IMG/VR virus record: IMGVR_UViG_3300046096_000179
Location: 1-63,123 of that record
Reading direction: 5' to 3' (one strand)
Origin: a virus
Taxonomy: Duplodnaviria; Heunggongvirae; Uroviricota; Caudoviricetes
Length of the DNA stretch: 63,123 nucleotides
Position 1 is the first letter of the stretch, and each line of letters starts with the position of its first letter. A program made the translations under genes and the position numbers. Under the pieces are notes generated by a model. That model did no database searches, was not told the DNA's origin, and saw only the letters and a program-made list of their open reading frames with translations. This document shows positions 56,277 to 63,123 of the stretch, piece after piece.

Positions 56277-57138
56277 TGCAATTGCGGATCAATATCGACT
56301 GATTCATGCAAAGTCTCGTCAGTGGCCGAATCTGAGTAATTCGGTTCCGGTTGCTGCCATTCAGCATGAACAGACATGCGCTAAGAGTCACCTGACTGAA
56401 TCCGATGGGTTGGATCAATGGGTCAGGCAGAGCGATGTTGATTATCCGATTCGCTCCAGAACCATATTCTCTATGGGGCTGGACTATCTTCTTAGCCGAG
56501 GTGTTCATACTGATTGGATGGAGCGTCAGCATGACCATCATCTGCAGCAATCGCATGCCTCAAATCTGACCGATATTGACAAGGATCATATCCAGAAGTT
56601 GATAATTGGTGGGATGGAATATGGACATGATTCTGACTCTGCCGACCTGACCAAGTTCTTGACTGATGCCTATAAGACTCGATCTAAGCCATCTTTGTTT
56701 GTCAGGAAGCACGTCAAGGATGTCAGTGTTCCTCCTGACCAGATTGACCTGACCAAGGTGGATTCTGCGCTGGGTAAGAATACATTTGCCGATGGATTTC
56801 ATTCATTTCATGGTATTGGATTTCATCCCGGAAAGTTGGTTGGCAATTCAGATATGTTGCATCTGCCAGCATATACTTCCGGGTCAGTCAATCGAAATAT
56901 TGCCCTGAAATATGCTAAACTATCTCCTGTTGATGGAGCGCACCATGTCATTCATATGGTGCATCCCAAGGACTCAACCGGAGTCTACATCGGAAATCAA
57001 TCGTTCCATGATAACGAAGTTCTGCTACCCAGAAACTTGACCCTGAAGATTCACCCCCATGAATCTGCCCGCTATGATGTGAATGGTAAACCAGTTCATG
57101 TCTGGGTTGCTCACCGAATCCCTTTTACCGAAATCTAA
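56269..57138 (+). CDS. ADP-ribosyltransferase-like protein (Alt/ModA/VIP2 type) between the gp44 halves
   Basis: SFHGI (His at the usual Arg position), LPAYTSGS, HDNEVLLPR motif order. Confidence 0.7.
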   Translation: MIDAIADQYRLIHAKSRQWPNLSNSVPVAAIQHEQTCAKSHLTESDGLDQWVRQSDVDYPIRSRTIFSMGLDYLLSRGVHTDWMERQHDHHLQQSHASNLTDIDKDHIQKLIIGGMEYGHDSDSADLTKFLTDAYKTRSKPSLFVRKHVKDVSVPPDQIDLTKVDSALGKNTFADGFHSFHGIGFHPGKLVGNSDMLHLPAYTSGSVNRNIALKYAKLSPVDGAHHVIHMVHPKDSTGVYIGNQSFHDNEVLLPRNLTLKIHPHESARYDVNGKPVHVWVAHRIPFTEI

Positions 57139-57154
57139 ACTCTTGAAAGTTCTC

Positions 57155-57277
57155 ATGTCTTCTTATACATTATGCAAGGTAAAGTCAATTCTCCCTCTTG
57201 GTCGCGGCAGGGTCATTAACCTTACCGTCAACAAGAATCATACATTTGTCACTGGAAATGGCATTGTCACTCACAAT
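57155..57277 (+). other. Split intein C-fragment (41 aa, basic)
   Basis: VINLTV..NHTFV.GNGIVTHN, +1 Cys. Confidence 0.88.
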
Positions 57278-57901
57278 TGTGACCGCCTTTCCTCGTCTGC
57301 TCAGGACTCTCTGAAGGCAACCATGGAGCAGTTTGCCGGTGCAACGACTCGGTTTATCATGACCAGCAATAACAAGCAGAAGATCATTGCTCCGATCATG
57401 TCAAGGTCTACCATGTATGACTTCACCATGACCACGGATGAGCGAAATGCCCTGATTCCTATTGCTTTCAAGAGAATCGCCACGATTCTGAAGGCAGAAA
57501 ACATCGAATATGATCCCAAGTCGGTGGCATCTCTGGTTCAGAAGCACTATCCCGACATGCGGAAAACCTTGAATGAGATTCAACGATATTCCTCCAATGG
57601 AAAGATTGATGCGGGTATCTTGATTCAAGAGAACACCACCACAGATGAACTGATTGGTTTCCTGAAGAACAAAAAGTTTGGGGATGTTCGCAAGTGGCTG
57701 GCTCGTAACCCGGACTTGGATCATCAGTTGCTTTTGCGACACTTCTATGACAATCTGACGGAACTATTCACCCCTCAGACAATCCCAGAAGTCATCCTGA
57801 TCCTGTCTCAGTATCAGTATTATGCATCTCGTGTGGTTGACCAAGAAATCAACACGATGGCATGTCTGATCGAAATGGTCAAGGGGTCAGAATGGAAGTA
57901 A
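57155..57901 (+). CDS. 44: Clamp loader large subunit, C-terminal part led by IntC
   Basis: ...GIVTHN|CDRLS..AQDSLKATME.F, FIMTSN, I.SR, YPD.RK.LNE.Q, DQEIN. Confidence 0.93.
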   Translation: MSSYTLCKVKSILPLGRGRVINLTVNKNHTFVTGNGIVTHNCDRLSSSAQDSLKATMEQFAGATTRFIMTSNNKQKIIAPIMSRSTMYDFTMTTDERNALIPIAFKRIATILKAENIEYDPKSVASLVQKHYPDMRKTLNEIQRYSSNGKIDAGILIQENTTTDELIGFLKNKKFGDVRKWLARNPDLDHQLLLRHFYDNLTELFTPQTIPEVILILSQYQYYASRVVDQEINTMACLIEMVKGSEWK

Positions 57902-58389
57902 ACAACTTCATCCAGACGCAGTTGGTTCCCTTGGCAATCGTCAGTTCTTTTGAAGATGAGGAACGAACCATTATCCTGAGTGAGCCTGCTCTTCTGCACT
58001 GTGGAGAATGGATGATGGCCGAGGAATCTATATTGATTCCAAATCTGATGGCGGTTGATATTGGGATTGGTATGGACTTTGCCAAAATGACCGATGAAGA
58101 TGTCAAGAACAACGTGGTAATCTCAATCATTTCCAAGATTCCCGAATCATTCTACAATTCTCAACCGACCGTGGTTCTGACCCAAGAATTGACTCGGATT
58201 ATCTGCAACCAGATCACCACATTTTTTGATGATACCAACCTGAGCGTTCGTCTACACGACAAGTCATATGACATTCAGGCCACGCTGAAAGTTGCTCCAT
58301 GGGACTTCAGGATTCGACATGGAATCAGCATTCGACCAATGGTTGATAATGATTACAACATGACATTTGAGGTATGTTGCGATGTTTGA
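57892..58389 (+). CDS. Hypothetical protein
   Basis: ORF overlapping both neighbours in the replication operon. Confidence 0.5.
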   Translation: MEVNNFIQTQLVPLAIVSSFEDEERTIILSEPALLHCGEWMMAEESILIPNLMAVDIGIGMDFAKMTDEDVKNNVVISIISKIPESFYNSQPTVVLTQELTRIICNQITTFFDDTNLSVRLHDKSYDIQATLKVAPWDFRIRHGISIRPMVDNDYNMTFEVCCDV

Positions 58390-58831
58390 AGATGCCAACT
58401 CAATCATCTATGTTGAGCCTGTTGATGATCGGCTGACCAAGAAGACTGGGGAGAAAATTTCCCCATTTGATTTTGTCAAGTCCATCACCGAGACTAAAGA
58501 AGACCTATTGACTGGCAATGAAAGCTCCTACAATCAGTTTATGATCAATAAGGCGCTTTCATTCATGCCAGATTGTGTCTTTCATGTGCATCAGCTATGC
58601 ATGGCAGATGATATGCCTGATAGTGCCCATTACAACTATCTGATAAATACGATCAGCAGGAAAAAAAGATATGGTGGCTGGGCCAAGAAAGATACTCTTC
58701 CAGCAACTGTTGACCTCCTGAAAGAAGCATTTGGCTATTCAACCAAGGATGCGTTGGCTGCATCCGAATTGCTGAGTGATAAACAACTACTCCAACTACA
58801 AGACGAAATGAGAAAAGGTGGTCGAAAATGA
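58382..58831 (+). CDS. 62: Clamp loader small subunit
   Basis: SPFDFVKSI..TK, YNQFMINKALS, HY.YL...I.RKKRY..WAK. Confidence 0.92.
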   Translation: MFEDANSIIYVEPVDDRLTKKTGEKISPFDFVKSITETKEDLLTGNESSYNQFMINKALSFMPDCVFHVHQLCMADDMPDSAHYNYLINTISRKKRYGGWAKKDTLPATVDLLKEAFGYSTKDALAASELLSDKQLLQLQDEMRKGGRK

Positions 58832-59262
58832 CTATGAACGGTGAAGATATACTTTATGACTGGTCCATGGAAAAGATGGTGGAGATCACCCTACCAAAAC
58901 CAGATGATTTCCTGAAAATCAAGGAAACATTGACTCGAATTGGGATTGCCAGTCGCAAGGACAATATCCTGACCCAATCCTGTCATGTCCTGCACAAGCG
59001 CGGGAAATACTATATAATTTCGTTCAAGGAAATCTTTGCCATTGAAGGCAAGGAATCCACCCTGACCTTGGAAGACGTGGCTCGCCGCAACCGAATCATT
59101 GGTCTCTTGGAAGACTGGGGGATGTGTAAGGTTGTTCGTCCTGAAATGATTGTCAACAAGGCATCCATGTCATCCATCAAGGTGGTGGCATACAAAGATC
59201 GGGAAAACTGGACACTCTGCTCGAAATATACAATTGGAAAGAAACGGGACGTTAAACCCTAA
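58828..59262 (+). CDS. regA: Translational repressor RegA
   Basis: DDFLKIKETLTRIGIAS, QSCHVLHK.G.YYI, RRNRI..LL.DW, W.L.SKY.IG. Confidence 0.95.
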   Translation: MTMNGEDILYDWSMEKMVEITLPKPDDFLKIKETLTRIGIASRKDNILTQSCHVLHKRGKYYIISFKEIFAIEGKESTLTLEDVARRNRIIGLLEDWGMCKVVRPEMIVNKASMSSIKVVAYKDRENWTLCSKYTIGKKRDVKP

Positions 59263-59498
59263 CCATTAACTTTTGGTTTGAATGCCTCCAAGGTGCCTTT
59301 TAAGGGCTTCTGGAGGCATTCCTGATTCGCCGCCAATTCCGGCGGGAACCGTCGAATGGCCGACAGACGGATTAAATCGTCGGCAATATTAAATAAAAGT
59401 TTAAGATTCCGTAAAATCCTGTAAAGAAACGATAAAACCTAAAAGTTCCCAATCTAAGTTTCTCGCCGATAAATACCACAACAAACAAATCCTTTCTA

Positions 59499-60728
59499 AT
59501 GCCAACAATCCTTAAAGCTTATAAGTACCGGGTTTACCCGACTCAGGTGCAGGCTGAGTTCCTTGATAGGAACTTTGGAGCAGTGCGTTTCCTCTGGAAT
59601 CAGTTCGTAAGTTCTTTCAATGGGTGTGATAGAGGTCCGGTCCTACCTGAGAACGAGAAAATCCTGAAAGACAGGAATCTCTGGATGCACGACGTTATCT
59701 CCTATGCCCTCCAGCAAAAGAGGATGGACTGGTTTGAATTCAAGAAGCAATACTTTAGCAAGAAACGTAAAACGAAGTTAGGTAGACCATCCTATAAGAA
59801 ACGTGGTGTTTCTAATGATTCTTTCCGGTTACCCGGAGCATGCATCGGTTTCAACGCCGGAGTCAACTTCGACAAGGGTACTTTGAAAATCCCTAAGATG
59901 GCTCCATTAAAAGTCGTTTATGATAGGGAATTTAGTGGTCAACTTCGTTCGGTAACTCTTTCAAAGAACAAATGTAATCAATATTTCGTTTCAATACTTG
60001 TTGAAACTGAAGTAGAAATAAAACAAAATACCGGTCGCTCAATCGGTATTGATCTTGGTCTAAAGCATCTTTGTATCCTGTCAAATGGGATCAAAATCGA
60101 CAATCCAAGATGGTTTCGTGAAACTCAAGCGAAACTAAAAAGAGCACAGCAGCATTTTAGTCGCAAGACTAAAGGGTCGTCAAGGTACAATCAGCAACGA
60201 TTAAAGGTAGCAAAGCTACATTTGAAAGTTGCAAATCAAAGAAAAGACTTCCAACATAACTTTTCGACATGGTTAGTCAACAACTACGATACGATCCTCA
60301 CCGAGGACTTGAACGTCAAAGGGATGGTTAAGAATCGTAGGTTAGCTAAGTCGATTAGTGATGCTTCATGGTCTTCATTGGTCTCCATGATCGCTTATAA
60401 GTCAAACTGGTACGGTCGAAGCTTCCATAAGATCGATCGTTGGTACCCTTCGTCGAAAACTTGTAGTTCATGTGGTCATAAAGAGACTAACATGGGATTA
60501 CATGTTCGTGACTGGAAATGCCCAAGTTGTGGAACTGAACATGATCGTGACTTGAATGCTGCTGTAAACATTTTACATAAGGGTCTTGATGATCTTTATG
60601 GATTTAAAACATCGGAAGAATTATCCGATTACAGGCGCGGAGAAGACATAAGACCCGAGGCAGTAACGCCGAAGGCACCTTCGTTGAACCGTCTAGTCAG
60701 TTTTATCGATTTTGATAGAACGACGTAA
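59499..60728 (+). mobile_element. tnpB: TnpB RNA-guided endonuclease (IS200/IS605/IS607 type), no transposase in the window
   Basis: KAYKYRVYP HTH, RuvC-I GIDLG, RuvC-II EDL, CSSC/CPSC Zn finger, RuvC-III DRDLNAA; more TA-rich than the flanks. Confidence 0.92.
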
Positions 60729-60730
60729 TT

Positions 60731-61066
60731 ATGTTTGATCATCTTTACGCATCTCGGGGAACTTCCTTTCCTTTTTGGAATCTGTATACCTCCGATGACT
60801 CTCGATTCCTGACGCTGGCTGTTGCTGGGTACCCAAAGGAAAATCTGAGCGTTACAACCAACGGTAACATCCTGACCATCAAGGGACTGCCCAAGATTCT
60901 TTCCGAGGAAATTAAATACATCCATCGTGGAATCTCCCAAAAGTCCTTTGAATGCGCCTATGACATCAAGGGCTATATGGTAAAGGGAACCACTTATTCG
61001 GATGGCATCCTCTCAATTGAGTTGACGTCATCTGCCCCAACCGCAACCGTCCATCAGATTGACTGA
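60731..61066 (+). CDS. Small heat-shock protein (Hsp20), divergent and N-terminally short
   Basis: LAVAGY, YIHRGIS..SF, DGIL.IEL. Confidence 0.8.
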   Translation: MFDHLYASRGTSFPFWNLYTSDDSRFLTLAVAGYPKENLSVTTNGNILTIKGLPKILSEEIKYIHRGISQKSFECAYDIKGYMVKGTTYSDGILSIELTSSAPTATVHQID

Positions 61067-61093
61067 TACGCAGTTCTGGCATTTCCCAAAAAC

Positions 61094-61118
61094 AAAAGGG
61101 CCATAATCGGCCCTTTTT
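61094..61118 (+). terminator. Terminator
   Basis: AAAAGGGCC-ATAATC-GGCCCTTTT. Confidence 0.7.
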
Positions 61119-61136
61119 CTTTCTATAATAAGAACA

Positions 61137-61592
61137 ATGGTAACCTATCTGAAAATTATTCTGCTATGCTTTTGTATAGCATCCCCAAATATGCTACAAT
61201 CAGCAGAGACAGAAGATTCTGAACTGTTGGCATATATTGATACCAACATTCACTGCATGGCTCAGACCATCTACTACGAGGCTCGCGGAGAGGGCGCCTT
61301 GGGTATGCTGGCTGTGGCTCATGTTGTCCTGAATCGAATGCAATCCCCCAAGTTCCCAGCTTCAGATGCCTGTGGAATTGTCAAGCAACCCGGTCAATTT
61401 TCTTGGTATAAGAAACCATCCAAGGTAGTTGACCATGCAGCCTTCGCCAGCGCATTCTCCATAGCATGGGATGTTCTGAGTGGAGAGACCAAAGACCCAA
61501 CCAAAGGAGCGACCATGTTCCATGCATCCCATGTCAGTCCGGGGTGGAACAGTCGCATCAAGGCCAAGATCAACAACCAAGTATTCTACTGA
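61137..61592 (+). CDS. SleB-like cell wall hydrolase
   Basis: Signal peptide; CMAQTIYYEARGE, VA.VVLNR, QFSW, DPT.GA..FH. Confidence 0.88.
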   Translation: MVTYLKIILLCFCIASPNMLQSAETEDSELLAYIDTNIHCMAQTIYYEARGEGALGMLAVAHVVLNRMQSPKFPASDACGIVKQPGQFSWYKKPSKVVDHAAFASAFSIAWDVLSGETKDPTKGATMFHASHVSPGWNSRIKAKINNQVFY

Positions 61593-63123
61593 ATGTCAGA
61601 TACCTTTTACACCAATATTGAGCTTCGTGGCAACAACATTCTTTACCATGGGTATGAAAATGGCATCCCGGTCAGGAAGAAGATACCGTATCGACCACAC
61701 CTGTTTGTCAGTGACGCTAAGGGGGAGTACAAGTCATTTTCTACCAAGCAGCCCCTGCGTCGGCAGGAGTTTGATTCCATCAAGGAACTGAAGACATTTG
61801 TGGAAACCTATTCTGATGTATCGAACTTCAAGATTTTTGGATGTTCTGACATGATCCGTCAGTTCACAGCCAATCAGTTCTCGGGCGAGATCCAGTGGGA
61901 CTACGAAAAGACCAAGATATGGTTCTTTGACATCGAGACTCGGGTAGAGGGTCTGGACATGGATCATGATGCAATGGTTGATGCCAAGGTAAAGGACAAG
62001 GAAATCTCCTTGAGCTACAAGCGAGCAATGATGCTCTTGGATGCTGACATCCCCTATGATGTCTTGGTTGATGGTGAATGGTATCCCATTCGTCAGTCGC
62101 CATTGTATGTGGCCGGATTCCCCAAACCTGAACTGGCGCAGCAGGAAATCTTGCTGCTATCCATGATTGACCATCATTCAGGAATGATCCGACTCTGGGC
62201 AAACCGAGCAATTGAATCCGACAACGACACATTTGCATTGGACATTCAGAATCGCCTCCTGAAAATCAAGGATACCACCCTGATGACTGGAGATAAGCCG
62301 GTCATTGAATATGCCATTGATGTTCGCCAGTATGACATGGACGAACCAGCTATGCTCAAGGACTTCTTGACATTCTGGAGCAGTCAGCGAATTGATGTCA
62401 TCTCTGGATGGAACAGCGAGGGATTTGACGTTCCCTACTTGGTAAATCGTCTGAAGAACGTCCTTGGAGACCAACCAACATCCTTGTTGTCCCCATGGGG
62501 AGATGTTAAGGAGCGTCGCTACCGGGATGATAACGGTAATGAATGTCAGACATATGACATCTATGGAATCACACACTTGGACTACTTGGTTCTCTACAAG
62601 AAGTTCAACCCCGGAGCCAAGGAATCCTTCAAGTTGGACTTCATTGCCAACTTGGAATTAGAGCATGGTAAGTTGCCAATGAAGGGGGCGTCCTTCAGGG
62701 AGAACTACCTTTCCTACTGGAATGAGTTCATCTTGTATAACTTGGTTGACACATACCTTCTGCATCAGTTGGAGGGGGAGATGTTGCAGGTTCGTTTGGC
62801 TATGCAGGTTGCATATATGGCTAAGTGTAACTTTGGTGATGTGGTTTCATCAATGCGGGTCTGGGAATCGTTTATCTACAATCACTTCTTGGGGCTGAAC
62901 ATTGCTGAGGATTGGAAGAAGCCATCAAACAAGAAAGAAAGTATTGTTGGTGCCTATGTGAAAGATGTGGTTCCCGGAAAGTATGGTTGGACATACAGTA
63001 TAGATGCTACAGCCCTCTACCCCAGCATCATCATGCAAAACAACATTTCCCCAGAGACGATTATCGGACATTCCCCGATTTTCATTGATGATGTTATGGC
63101 TGGTAAACATACCGAATATGTTG
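61593..63123 (+). CDS. 43: Family B DNA polymerase (3' partial; absent from the ORF track because it has no stop in the window)
   Basis: Manual translation: FFDIET (ExoI), GWNSEGFDVPYL (ExoII), HLDYL.LYKKF, YNLVD (ExoIII), GAYV, SIDATALYPSII (motif A). Confidence 0.95.
   Translation, partial: MSDTFYTNIELRGNNILYHGYENGIPVRKKIPYRPHLFVSDAKGEYKSFSTKQPLRRQEFDSIKELKTFVETYSDVSNFKIFGCSDMIRQFTANQFSGEIQWDYEKTKIWFFDIETRVEGLDMDHDAMVDAKVKDKEISLSYKRAMMLLDADIPYDVLVDGEWYPIRQSPLYVAGFPKPELAQQEILLLSMIDHHSGMIRLWANRAIESDNDTFALDIQNRLLKIKDTTLMTGDKPVIEYAIDVRQYDMDEPAMLKDFLTFWSSQRIDVISGWNSEGFDVPYLVNRLKNVLGDQPTSLLSPWGDVKERRYRDDNGNECQTYDIYGITHLDYLVLYKKFNPGAKESFKLDFIANLELEHGKLPMKGASFRENYLSYWNEFILYNLVDTYLLHQLEGEMLQVRLAMQVAYMAKCNFGDVVSSMRVWESFIYNHFLGLNIAEDWKKPSNKKESIVGAYVKDVVPGKYGWTYSIDATALYPSIIMQNNISPETIIGHSPIFIDDVMAGKHTEYV

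Noticed and set aside
59325-59365. HDV-like ribozyme resemblance (CGAAUGG segment after a GCC/GGC hairpin)
   Set aside because: No P1 3' strand between P3 and the GG, so the nested double-pseudoknot order cannot be built.
1-63123. CRISPR arrays, tRNA or rRNA genes, reverse transcriptase/DGR
   Set aside because: No regularly spaced repeats, no cloverleaf with paired T-arm, and no RT motifs seen by eye; tRNAscan-SE and a CRISPR finder were not run.
1-63123. Stop-codon reassignment as the cause of the broken terL and gp44 genes
   Set aside because: All other core genes are full length in the standard code, and both breaks carry intein fragments with an intervening gene.

Overview
A 63-kb segment of a T4-like (myovirus) phage genome, read with the standard genetic code. 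From left to right it contains: tail-fibre-like genes; an inverted terminase large subunit; the T4 morphogenesis block (gp18, gp19, gp20, gp67/68, gp21, gp22, gp23); three tandem endonuclease genes with a Mom/GNAT-like C-terminal domain; an accessory region (RNA ligase 1, spanins, Dda, GIY-YIG endonuclease, ATP-grasp plus Mom-like gene); gp3 and UvsW; a late fibre/glycosyltransferase module; an AT-rich candidate origin; the replication block (primase, NrdA/B, glutaredoxin, UvsY, dUTPase, gp45, gp44, gp62, RegA); an intact TnpB; Hsp20; SleB; and the 5' part of gp43. Four inteins are visible, two of them split. TerL has an atypically split intein (37-aa IntN, 125-aa IntC) with a free-standing endonuclease between the halves, plus a cis mini-intein. 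The portal has an HNH-containing intein. The gp44 clamp loader has a split intein whose halves flank an ADP-ribosyltransferase-like gene rather than a nuclease. Other leads are a dispersed set of enzymes (kinase, ART, GNAT, zincin-like, a paralogous pair) with T4-type capsid-targeting N-termini, and a candidate ~305-nt structured RNA behind a late promoter. No tRNA, rRNA or CRISPR array was seen. All family assignments come from motif recognition by eye; no database search or folding was run.
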